Assembly (NCBI GenBank): GCA_000708835.1
Contig: DF237071.1
Span: 1 to 64,000 of the forward strand
DNA from: Klebsormidium nitens
Lineage: Eukaryota; Plantae; Klebsormidiophyceae
Reading direction: 5' to 3'
DNA length: 64,000 nucleotides
The notes under the pieces were generated by a model. That model had not been told where the DNA came from. It did no database searches and worked only from the letters and a program-made list of their open reading frames with translations. The translations under genes and the position numbers were made by a program. Shown one piece after another: positions 10,156 through 22,400 of the stretch; position 1 is the first letter of the stretch, and each line of letters begins with the position of its first letter.

Positions 10156-13100
10156 TCGGGAGTTTCGGCACATAATTGCCAACGACACGTACAAAGAAAA
10201 GGCACCTTCTGGTACACGTCAAGCCTCACTAGCCTTGCATTCAAGAAAACGGATTTCATGACGCGCGGTGCTGGCAGCAAGATACGAAAGAGCAGCAAAT
10301 CCATCTCAAAGCAACACTACTGCAGACACAGGATGCAACAAAACCATACATCCAGAGCGAGGAGGCCTTTGTTGAATTGACCGAGACAAGGTCCCCAAAA
10401 AGGAGCGCCTCAATACAAAACCCCCTTAGCAACCCGCAAAGCAAGCAGCCGTAACCCTGGCGCTTCCGAAACCAGAAACAAGTATAGGCGTCGACCTGAT
10501 TGGTCGGTAAGGACAGGACGACCCAAATGACTTACACAACGGTGAATTTTTCGAATATCGAACCGCCATCAACTAGGTGGATATTCGGGAGACAGAAGCA
10601 GTAGATGACACGGAGTAGCGGTGATTGAAGCAAGTAATCGACCTTGGGCAGTGCACAAGCCTCGAATATGGACGACATCCTCGGCACTTTTCTAAACAAA
10701 GTAAATGCGAATCATTCTGCTCACAAAGGACTGAGCATAACCGGTGGGCAGGAGACACTGGGCAAGCACTCGTCGTCACCCCGCTCGTCTTACTTTCATC
10801 TGCCTTTGTAGTAAAGCTCAGATGAAAAACGCCTACGAAGATTGATGAAGTTTCACGCACCGAGACAGTTGGAGGTCTCCTAACGGAGTTTGAAGCGTTC
10901 TTGCATTGGCCCCTGATCTGACTCAGTGAGCGACTTGGAATGCAATGACGTGGCACGGCTCGTTTGCGGGCCTGTGAAACCAAGCGAAGCGGAAGCGGGC
11001 AAAACGAGCAAGCGAGCTTTAAAGCTTGCCGGATGGTACAGCGAAGGCACTAACTTGCAGTTGGTGGCGGCATCAGGTACGCAACGAATTCTGAGCACAA
11101 AAGCTGCCCAAAAGGGTGATGCTTTCATCGCCGCCACAAAGAGAAGCGTCCTGGGATATGTGAGTGTCAAACAAGGGTGTACGGCTGAGCACAAAAGTTG
11201 AACGCCGTCGGAGAAACGTTTGAAAAGGAGGGTGACCTTATGGTTTCTGGCATGATGTAAACAGAAACGAACGATGTGCGAGACGGACCTCTGTAAGTGC
11301 CCACATCGTGCTACAAGAGTTCAAAATAGGAGCAGCAGGACGTGGGAACGTGCAGGGTCTGCGGTTTTGCTCTTGACTTTGCATTTAGGCCAGTTTTCAC
11401 TAGCAAGCCTCCGTATGTCTTCACGGCCAACACGATGTTTCGGAGGAAGAATCGCGTTCAAGGATTGCTTCAATTGCCACACCGCTAAAACAAAAGTGGG
11501 CGCGGGCGCTCGTAAGCAAAGCGGGCTTGAAAGCAGGGCTTCTCAAACTAAACATCATAGCGAGGCAAATCTTGGGTGACCGTTTGAGAGCGGCGTCAGA
11601 CAGGTGGAATTTGGGGCCCTGGCGAATGTGGAGCACTATTTGTATGCCCAGGAGGATTACCTCAAGACCGCCACGAAATTTATTGAACTTTGGTCAGAGG
11701 TTAAGGCTAAGCGATTCGAAGAAGCGAAAGAACGCGATACAAAAAGCTGTCGTGGTCCTTGGAAGAGCAATCAAACACATTTGCAACGGCTGAGAGGCCA
11801 TAGCCGCGGCGGCATCAACACTTTTGAGTCAAGGAGGTGGGCAATTGGCCTCAAAAATCGACCCATCAACTCTCATAGCCGCAACGTCAGCCACACGAGC
11901 CAGGCTGACAACGACCCATCAACAACATCATCAAGCACGAAGCAGACAAGTGCAGCGTCAGAGTTGAGTTCAAAGAAGCGTGGGCACTTAAACATGAGCC
12001 CACATCAAGAAGTCTCGCCACAGTCCCGATGGTGACTCGTAAACCATTATTGAAAGGTGGTACATGCGGTAGTGGCGAAGAAGCATCATTTTTCCAAGCA
12101 GGTGTTTAGAATCGCCACGAGGCCAGGAGAAGCGAATATTTACGGCACCGAAAGACAAAGCAACAAAATAGATACGTTTGACGCGTGCGCGTTTAAGCGT
12201 TTCCAAGCATGGGGGCTCCACGTATGCTTCCGATCGGTATGAATCTAGCAAAACCTCTCTTCCTTGAGAATGCACGCGAGTGCTGGCCCTGTCTGAAGGG
12301 ATCTGTGAAGTTGGAATGGGGTATCTCTCACTCGCACCTGCATTTCTGCACAGTCTGCAGGGTCATTAAAGGATCGTGGCCACCTATGAGTAATTTGTAT
12401 TCTTTCGTTAAGAGGCACGTAGCGTAGAATGATGCAAGGTGGCCTGAAAGATGACCCCGAAGCATTTAAACTGACGATGTTTGAATCTGGACCCGTTTTT
12501 CCAGTGAGTATAGACTTTAGTTAGCATGCCCAGGCAGTCTGACAGAGAGTCTGTCTGATAACCAACTTTTACTTCCGTGTTGCATTCAGATCTGCCTTCA
12601 AACCCCTCCAGTCAATCGCAAAATCTATACCGCAGATAAAGAAACGCATGCCAGCCAAATAATAAGCCAGGAACAGCTTGAAGCAGCTCAAGAAGAGGTG
12701 GGCAAGCGGCCACTACCAATCCTCAAGAGACGGGCAAGCGGCCACTACCAGTCCTAAATAGTGCTGAAGTCAGAGTTTTGGCTTCGTGTCCGACTCAGAA
12801 GCAGTGGGCCCGTTCAGACTCAGTTTCCAAATCGTGGCCATTATGACATCCGCGATGCACAATCCTCTTTCAAGCCCCAAAAACAATGGCACCAAGAAAA
12901 GAAATATTAGAGCTGTCGGCCACACGAAGGATTGGACGACTACAGACAAATCATGCTGAAGCGACACTGTGACCGGAAAGCACGACCAAGCAGCTCGTGG
13001 GTAGATTCGCATCGACAAACCACGTTGTAAAACGAGCGTGGCTCTCAGAAACATCTGGAATACATGTGGGCACATTGATAGCCCTTTGTAACATCATAGC

Positions 13101-14232
13101 CAGTACTTAAACGCCCAAGCGTGCTTTCGATAGAAGATAGGTAGAGGCTGATGAACTTCAACGACTGCGATATGAACCAAACCTCTAGGCCTTCTTGAGA
13201 GCTCAGCCGCCGACGGCCACAAGAAGAGTTTCGGAAACTTAGCCAACTAGTGTCTATGCGCAAAAGAGAAACGCAGTAGGACCAGTGATTAAGAGACTGT
13301 TGCTTCAAAAGCTTTCCTTGACATCAGACTCAGCCCGGAATCTTTCAAAAGCGGAGGACTGATTCTGGAACCAAGTACACCACGCTTAGAGAGGGCCACG
13401 TCCTTTACACAGCCCCAATTCCGCACTTTGTTTGCGCCAAGCGAGACGGTTGATAGCCATTGTTCGGTGGTCGTGAGGCCAAAGTACGAACATTCTGGAG
13501 GTATGCAGGGCACCACAGTATATACATCTGCAATCGCTCCAACAAATGTTGCGAGGTGCTCGAGACAGCCTGAGCCTACAGGGAAATTAGAAGGTCGCGA
13601 AAATGTTGCGAGAAAAACGCCCTCAACGTCAGGTACCAGAACAAAGAAAATCAAGGCTTGGACATTGATATTTTAGAGCTACATCATAGCCGCTTCTTAT
13701 CATAGTCACTGAAGGTTTTGGCAGCAGGGTGCATGGATGGCGCGAAACAGACTCACAAGAGGAGACGTCAAAGGTCTCTAATACCAAGGATTGAACCACG
13801 AGAGCGCTATTCAAAGCGGACTAGGCCGCGGCTGCTCCAGAAGTGGGCCGATCGAAAAAGAAGACATTTGGAGGGAAGTCATACCAACAAGAAAACATGG
13901 CATTCTTACGACGGGAGCTTATGGGACTCGCACATCGGATTTCAGTCTAAAGAATGCACAAGCACGTTCACAAAGTACCGGCTGCTCTCTGATTCTTCCC
14001 AGCATGAAAGGTGAGCCATTTGCAGAAATTTTGTAATTCAATCAAAGGTTTCAGGTCAGACAAGTCTACAGTGCACTCACACAGATCCGACAAGGTCAAA
14101 AGCATGCAAAAACGTCCGCCGTTCCAAGTGCTCTGACCGGCGGAGAATGTTTCTAAAGATGGCAAAAAATTGATCCACAGTGAAATCAGGTTTTACAATA
14201 AAGGCGAAGAAGAAGCAATTCACCGCACTTAC

Positions 14233-14574
14233 ACGAGAAATATGGCGCCAAACGCGATGTGCAGGCACCGCTCAAAGTGCTCCGGCCGGCGCATGCTCCT
14301 CCGCAACGACGGCAGGCCCGCGTGTCCCGACAGCGACACGATCATGATCCCCGCCCCGGTTGGTAACGACGCGGCTTTTACGAACGTGTGCTGATGCGCG
14401 CCGGTCCCGGTTACTTGCGCCGAGTCGGGGTCCAATAGGAGCGCGCCCACGACGACAGCTGTCCACAGAAGACTGGACGAGACGCCGGAGATGGCAATGC
14501 CGGTGAGGCGGGAGAAGCCGCGGACCCAGATGGAGGGGAGGACGGCGGCCAGGCTGCCGAGAATCAAGGAGTGC
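14233..14574 (-). CDS. Intact duplicate of AVT1-like exon 3 (paralogue exon or alternative cassette)
   Basis: Same length (342 nt) and same phase as 28886-29227, with an open frame, a GTAAGT donor and a weak AAG acceptor. Manual codon alignment gives 20 synonymous and 5 non-synonymous codon differences. Confidence 0.8.
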
Positions 14575-16082
14575 CTTTGGGAAGATACTGACCCGAATCC
14601 TCGCAGAACCGGACTACCGGGGAAAGCCTTGGAATCAACTTTGGGGGCAAAAGGAGTCTTGCAAATCTGTGCTTTGTCGATCTGCTGGTCTACGGGCATG
14701 GTGTGATCTCGCCCGACATCAGAGTGATCCTCGTAGTCGCAGTGCGTCTCGAACGCAGGCATCAAAAGGCTCCTCACGGTCCGGCTTGAGAAAGTGACTC
14801 CTATGGGTCCTCGATTCGCAATTGCTGAGGCAAGCTTGGTACACGCTTCTGCTCAGACAAACGTGGCTAAGAGTAACAAAAGTCCATAATGGCAAGCAAC
14901 GCAGGGGCAGGCTACCGTGACGTGCACCTCCTTTCCTATTCAAGGAAGGTGCATATTGATCTTCTGGGCCCGCATTATTTTCAGGGGGGGGAAAAGTACA
15001 AACCAGAAAGAAGCCGCACAACCGGTAAAGCAATGCCATACTTCAAAAAGATGGCGTCGGGAAAGTATCTGGTCACTTGAGCAAGAAGCTCTTCGTGTTC
15101 CGCTCACTCAGCGACCAACGCCCACACGGGCTTGACAAATTCCCCAAGAAAGGGGTCAAAGGCGCCCAATACTCTCTTTTGCGGACCGTGTAAGAAGCGA
15201 CAATTCGAATTTATCAGCATTTTTTTGGATGCCATGAAAATGTCAAAGCAAGAGAGGTATGTCAAACCAACGTACTGCATGCGTTCGAACTGTTAATCAC
15301 CAGGATGGACAACTTCGTCATCAGCGGGTAACCTGCTTGTACTGATGAGCAGATTGCTCGACAGCTCATACCCTCATAGCCTTTCTTCTTTCGGAAACAT
15401 CTCCTTATGGCCGTTTCGGAAGCCGTCTGATTGCGCGACGAGAGGAAGCAAGTACGTTACCTCGGATGAACTGCATACCCAAACAGAGTAGGCAACGACT
15501 ATAGCTAATGAAGGCACACGCGCTTATCCAGGTTTTATTCAACCTGCGAAGCTGATGCAAAACAACAAATTTACGCCGCTTTGAGAAACTCTGTTTATAC
15601 GCAGACGTACCAGGAGACGTCCTCGTTACAGCTCCTTATATCAGCCCCCAACCAACGACTTTCGAAAAGTCGATGGAGAAGTGTCCCAGGATCCGGTTGA
15701 AAAGAGCGTACCACCCTCAACCATGACGTCAGGGAGTACCGCCTCGCATCAATCTTTGAGCAAACAAGCCCAATGATGCAATATCGCCCATCATGGCCAC
15801 ACTACACTAGAGTAATGCTTGATTCCAGAGAGCAAGATGGATCATTCAGGGCTAGCTTACAAAAATCGAGCAGGCAAGAAATGCAAGCGGGACGCACGTT
15901 CTCCTAAAGACCCCAGCACAAGCGGTGGTAAAGCTGAGTGCTCGGAACGAAACAGGTACATTCGATTGCGGGCCTGGTTCGTATTTTTTTCCGCGGAAGC
16001 GGAAATTGTCACGAGCAAAATCGAGCTTTGATGCTGGCAGCCTCGTCTTGACGATACATAAAAGCCGCCAAGCATGACAACG

Positions 16083-16136
16083 TACCTACTACAAAGCTAC
16101 CTACAAAGCTACCTACAAAGCTACCTACTACAAAGC
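16083..16136. repeat. Minisatellite (TACC[TAC]TACAAAGC) x4
   Basis: Directly visible 12/15-bp tandem units. Confidence 0.9.
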
Positions 16137-16704
16137 TTTTCAAGGCCCTAGTCAAAGCGACTGCACCTTTTGAACGATATCAGATTGGCAAGTCCACAAA
16201 TAGTACGCGGCTTCTGGGACTATCATGACAACGCTGGCCTTGTCTCTCCGGACAAAGGGCGCGACCCAGATTCGTCATAGCCGCACTTCAATTCCAGTGA
16301 GAATCAAGAGAATCTATTGAAACCAAGGACGGGTCCTTTCATTGTGCAGATCCACAGCGGAAATTGCAGCATGCGCACCGAGTTTGTGGTATCCAAACGT
16401 GGAAAAAAGGATTGACCTCACGCAAGACGGCTAATTCCTTGCATGCTCTCAAAGACGTGGCATCCGTGGGAACGTACCCGAATACGCTGAGCAACGCCAG
16501 TACTCGAGAGTGCCCATCTTCATAGCCCGTTTACAATCCTGTTCGCCTACAAACGAATTTAGTAAAACCACCCAAGCTTCAACCAGAATAGTTCGTTGTG
16601 TCTGAGATCTCTCCGTTGTAAACAGCAAGCCACGCGAGGCTTATGATGCCATTCTGGCATAATCTACAATCTCGAGTAAGAATTCTACAAGATTGAACAA
16701 GGTA

Positions 16705-16724
16705 NNNNNNNNNNNNNNNNNNNN
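16705..16724. other. Assembly gap (20 N)
   Basis: Run of N; the true size is unknown. Confidence 1.
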
Positions 16725-16995
16725 ACAATCCGACCATGAAAGCGGGATTATTTATGCTGATTCCGATCACAATCCGAACGCCCTATGTCCTCTCTTGGAC
16801 AGGGAGTTTTAGGCCCATTCTGGCAGTTTTGGAGCTTCCGAGGACCATTCCGGAATTAATTAACCTTTCCGAATTTCCACTTTCCGAACGAGAAATCCGA
16901 ATTTCTGACTTTCCGAATGCAAATAATTATTTATTTATTCGGAATCATTTCCTTGGACTACGGTATTACCAGGTCTTTGGTGCCTTCGATTCCTG
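16725..16995. mobile_element. Probable transposon end with subterminal (A/T)TCCGA repeats
   Basis: AT-rich segment that differs in composition from its flanks, abuts the gap, and carries about 8 copies of TTCCGA/ATCCGA. No TIR partner or TSD is visible. Confidence 0.35.
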
Positions 16996-19482
16996 AAAAG
17001 AAGCTCGAAGCGCTCGCCCTGTCGAAAAGGAACACGGTAGACTGACCAGACTCCCACGCTCGACAGCAACTGAAGCACGGTTTAGACATGAGAGAACTCC
17101 CGCTAAACGGCCTGGCTGTGGAGGAAACAAATCAATGACGATCTAGATTCATGGGCTGAAACGAGGTACAGCTGCTAACGACACCGCCTGCCTGGCGCCT
17201 CGGTACGGCTGAAGATTCACTCCCTACCCCTCGACTCACAATCTCTTTTGCATCAGCCGAGCCGGAACAAAAGGGACAGAAACGATTGGAGGCTGAGAGG
17301 GGATCAGATGACGAATCCGTTCCCCCCGCAAATGGCCCCACTTTGATGAAGAACCTATGCAATTCGTGCTAGAAGAAGCGGGTTCGTGTCAATTGACAGG
17401 CTGCAAGGTAGTAGAGCATGAGTGGGACGAATCAAGGGGCCTTGAGAATACATGAGTGCAAACAATGCATGACCGGGGCAACATGGTTTCGAAGTGCTAT
17501 CCAACCATGTCAGCAAACAGTGACGTCTCAGGAGACGCAACAAGCTTCAAAACGGAAAAGAGGGTGACCAGAACTGAAGGATAATGATTCCAGAGACGGA
17601 AGATCGTCTTTCGGCCCGAGAACTTCACGGTCGCAATTAAGTTCACGAGAACTGAAGCAGTGAGCAGAGACAACTCATTGAGTCCTCATCCTTTCATTGC
17701 CGCCGTTCCTCAAAGAATCTCCGAAAAACCAGAGAGCTCCGCGCGCACCCTTTGCACCTGTGTCATGCTCCAATAAGATCAACCAATCAGCCAACTTAAG
17801 ACAAGCCTTCATAGCACGTCCCTATTCGTCAAACCCGAAAGGGACGATCCCAAGCACATGCGCAGAGGCGCAAAAGCTGCAACCAACGATGGGGTTACCT
17901 TTCAAATTAAAAGAATATTGCAAGGTGACAACGATTTCAAGAACAGGTCACGGTCGGAGTGCACATCAAAGGCTGTTCCTTGCTGACCCGTGTCGACACG
18001 GAGCATACACTGTTGCTAAGTAAACGCTCTCGTCCTGAGGCCTCGTCAGCACCACTGACTCTTAAAGAGCACTCAATGTGTTTCCAGAGCCTCTCCTTCT
18101 GGGCTTGCAAATGCATTTCTGAAGGTAAGGCAGTAATGACGGGCCATGCGGCGTGAAACCGATAGCGGGGTGAGCAGCGTAAGCAACATAATGGTCAGAA
18201 TCGCAACCGTACTTTTGAGTGTTGAACCGCATTGAAAATATGTATTCGTGAAGAGTCTCCCCTGGCCCTGAGCAGACTGCTCGCGATGGCTGCAATCTAC
18301 TGACCCTCTTTGTGACCTGCTCTATGGAGACGCCGTTCCGTACCAACTCAAGAAGCTTCGTATGACCATGAACTTCCAATCCCGTCAGCGGTTTTGAGAC
18401 CTGTAAAAAATCGCGGCGAAGCAGCTGCGCAAATGTCTAATGCACATTACAAAAAGACCGGACGCCTGCCTTGCAAGTGGCTCAAAAGCCAAAGTACGAT
18501 GTATAAGCTCTCTAAGCTCATCGAACTCATCACAGCCATGAAAGTTGAAAGCTCTCACAGGCTTGCTCCTGAAAGGTTGATAGATTTTCAGTCCAAAAGC
18601 CCTTCACGTCCGACCGAGGCAGAGAACCAAAAATACGATCCGTTCAAAGCCGGCTCTAGATCAGGCTGAGAGACACGTGACCTTTGGTTGGAAAGGGAAA
18701 AGGTGGCTCCCGGCGGCCATCACAAGTTGCCACAGCCGAACACTAACGGCTACAGACATGCCACATGAACAATTCTGAAGCTCCTCTGATGTTAAGAACA
18801 TCCAGAAACCGCCACAAAGTCACTTTTGCATAGAACTCAAAGTACGGGCATCAGCCTCGTAACATTTGATAACTACCGAGAAACGCTAGTAGTTTGGAAA
18901 CGTCGTAGCCACCCCTCGAGTGATCCGGAAGGCGTGAATAATCAAGTGCCTTGCCAAATCAGGAGCGGAATTTTGTCATAAGAAGCATAAAGTCAAGTGA
19001 ACATATTTGAGCAATAAGAGTCTATACTCTTGAAAGGCTGCAAACGGCACACTCTAGAATGCAGCGACGTATTTCGTGAGCAGACCCGTGAAAGGTAATC
19101 CCATTGGTACTCCCATCGAAGCAGACAGAAGACCCCACATTTATGTTGGATCGAAGCAGATCGGACCTTTTCCTTTCCCAAAGGTGCTATAAGTGCTAGC
19201 TCAAGTTGAAAGCAGTCTGAAGACGCGGTCAAGCAAAAGCCGCCACACTCCTCGAACTCAGACGACGGGCTTGAGTCCGGAAGTAGCTCAAATGATAAGG
19301 TAACAAGCACCTGCTTCGGCAGATCAAGAACGGCATACAGGAAGTGCATGCATGATGAAATGTCCCCACCTGTTGAAAAAACCGAGTCGAAAATTCGTGA
19401 AACTAATGGTGCTCTTCGAAGCACGTCTTTGAATGGTTGGTTCCGATCAAATGACTGTCGAAATCGCGAATTGAGAACTGAT

Positions 19483-22400
19483 TCAAGACGGCGGAAGGTA
19501 ACCGGGCGCTTTTGTCCTTCTGAGCTTCTCGACGTCTATCACTCCGATGAACACCGCACAAGCTGCCCCTACGCACACCAGCGCAGCTACTAGAGTCCGT
19601 TGCCGCAAACCCATCTCGTTCCGGTGCAACCTGCAGAGACAAGGAGACCGACTTAGAGCTTGTCGATTATCTAGATACCAAACAAAAACCGAGCGGAGTC
19701 ACGCAGTCACTTGGAGAACCATCGAAAGACGACACTGCTCGGAAAGGGATCAAATGCAGATAAGGGCTGTCGCCAGGACTACAGAAGATTGGTATTGGAG
19801 CCCGTCCCATGATAGCCTGAAGTTCGATCCTAGTCATTTAGTACCTGTCCTGCTTGAGAGCTAAGTTAATCGATCCGTAAGGAAGCCAAGATTGCCGCAT
19901 GACTCTGCACGACTCAAACAGAATTTTAGAATACCCCGAAGCTGGCGCTCTTGGCCCAAGTTGGCCACTTATTTAGACTTACCAACTGCGAATAGGGACA
20001 AACCCGCGCATTAGCGCTGATCGCCGCTGCTTGGGCCCTTTCAAAATGCAGAAAACAAGGCAAACACATCCCTCGCACGCCGTAGAAGATAACGAGAAGC
20101 GGAAGTGTGCCTCCTCACAGGTTCTAAAATACAGTTGGCAGCCGCTAGAAGGCGCGAACACTCTTCGCAGAACTTGACCACGACAAAGACCGGACTAGTG
20201 TCACATGTAATCGAGGAGCTTGGCAGCAGCAGCGAGAAGCGAACTTTTCAGATTTTGACCCTGCCAAGTCTCACGAGCAAAGCGGACACGTGGCATCCAC
20301 AAGGGGTACATGACCCTTGGCAGCAGCGGGGGAGGCCCCGTGATTGCGAGCTTCCGAAGTATCATGATCTTTCAAAAGCGGCCACGTGGCATTCACGCCT
20401 GTAGAAGATACCTGGCAGCAGCAGCAGGGAAGACCCCCATGCTTGCAACTCTTCCTCAATCTCCGACAAACTTTGCAAAAGCTGACACGTGGCACTCACA
20501 CGTAGTAGAAGACACCTGGCAGCAGCAGCGAGGAGCACATGCTGGCCACTCCGCCCACGAGCGACTCCACGTAGCCCAGCACGTCGTACGCCACCACGGA
20601 CACCGCGTACGCCACGCCCAGGACCACTGTCCGCAAACAACGCTCCACGATCGCTGCAACAGGGCAAAGAAAGCTCCTTTTTAAGAGAGGGCATACTTCA
20701 AGGGCATCTTAGACTGGTTGGGTTGAAGTACCCGAAAACACACACGGATCGCGGATGTCATTGGCAAAACCAGCGTCCGCAAAGACCGCTCCACCGCTGT
20801 ACGCCAGCTGCGAGTTTCTTTCGGAGAGTGATTTCGACATTTAGAAATGTTGCCGGCAGAGTCCATAAGAACTGATAGTCAAAATCGTCGTATGTCAACA
20901 TGAAACAAGAATAGGACAGAGCCCGCCGAAGATAACCTGACTCGCGCGCTTTTGCTGGCGTGTACGCCATGTCAGTGGTGAGCTCTGCAATACGAACCAT
21001 AGTAGAGAGGGCGTAGGGGGTCAAAGGTTTGCTATGATTTCGACTGGAGCGGACTAGGAAGTCTGCAACAGACTCGCATGAGTGTTTCGATGTGTTGCAG
21101 GCCAATCGAGGGTCCGAGCTTCCGTGTTCCTCGAGCCGCCAAGTCGCGTCTTTTTCATAAAGCGTAAGGAGACCTGAAGAGAGGAGAAACAACCGCTGTA
21201 GAAGCGGTAGATCGAAGGAACAGGCAATCAAAGCGAAGGGGACGGTGAACGAAAGACAGAACAGTCGACCGTACCCGACGCAAACACTTTCCGGTTCCTG
21301 TGCGACATATCAACAGGTAAGTTCCGCCAAAGCAGACACGAGCGGCAAAATCCTCAAGCAGGCGTGAAAACCTTTACTATGATGATGAAAACAAATTGGG
21401 TAACAATTTGAACCACCTCCAGGAATCCAACGTTTGACGTTCTCAGCTCGTTACCTGATGCGCGCGCTTTCGTGGTCCCCTGCGCCATGTCGATGATAAG
21501 CTCCGCGAGCACGAACACGAGCGGCGAGATCGTGGAGAAGGAACTGAGCGCAACTAGAGCGGAGAGCAGCTGCGAGAGGCTGATCTCGAACGCGCCCAAC
21601 TTGAGAAGCTTCCACCCCGCGACAGAGGAAGAAGTTGCCAGATTGTGGGTGACGAGAACGGAACAGCTTTCACCGAAGTACTGATAAGCGGCGGCGCCCA
21701 TTAGAGCGTACCTGCAGGGAAAAGCAAGGTCCTGAATAGAAAAATCTTGCTTGGCTTTTGAGCCTTACTGATGTTCCAAACTGCAATCCTGTGAAGCAAG
21801 AATTTGGGTGTAAGTTTCTTTTTCTCCGCGGAGGAACCCAATGTTGCCAGACAATCAGCGACGTCACATGAGCAGCATTTGCTGAACTACTGTCATGCGG
21901 CAGCTGTCATCAGCGCGTATCGTCAAAGAATCAGAATTTCTACCTTCAGATTTCAATAGAGCTTAGGAACCTGACAAAAGCTGGCGACGGAAGCTGACGT
22001 GGCAAAGTAGTTTGCGGCAAGTAGAGGCCAGAGCTCAAGCAAGCCGCGGCGCCCAGCAAAGCTTATTTGCGCGGCATGCAGAGAAGCTGCTTCTTACAAT
22101 CTGCTTGTTTTTAGAGCGCACCAACCTACGAATGGGTTGAGTCTCACATCTCGCTGAAACAGCCTCAACGGTGCTAGATTGCGTGAATTGAGCAACAAGA
22201 AATGATTTAGCTTTTGTCAGAGTTATGCTAAGCTACGGCAGCTAACAAGGGCGTTCACGTGTTCGATGACCATGCTTGCTTTCGCTTTTAAAAACCGCAC
22301 TTTTGCGTGGTTCAGGACTGGTGTGCGGCAGGAAACAGCAATTGCGTATGAGCAAAGAGCACACGGGCTTTGGCTATGAGGGACACAAACCCGAACTCGC

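Larger units (their letters stand above)
170..16100. repeat. Diverged segmental duplication of AVT1 intron 3/exon 3/intron 2, with the intron-3 part amplified into ~3 tandem 4-4.5 kb units
   Basis: Shared anchors: GCACAC..CTTTGGCTA at 181/4173/22360; GTCTCGGACTG..TAGA...GGTCAGGTCC at ~457/4455/22637; GCGTCTC.AACGCA.GCATC at 14745/30706; GCAGATTGCTC...GCTCATA.CCTCA.AGCC at 15350/31318; AAGCGGGACGCACGT at ~15885/31823. Confidence 0.85.
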
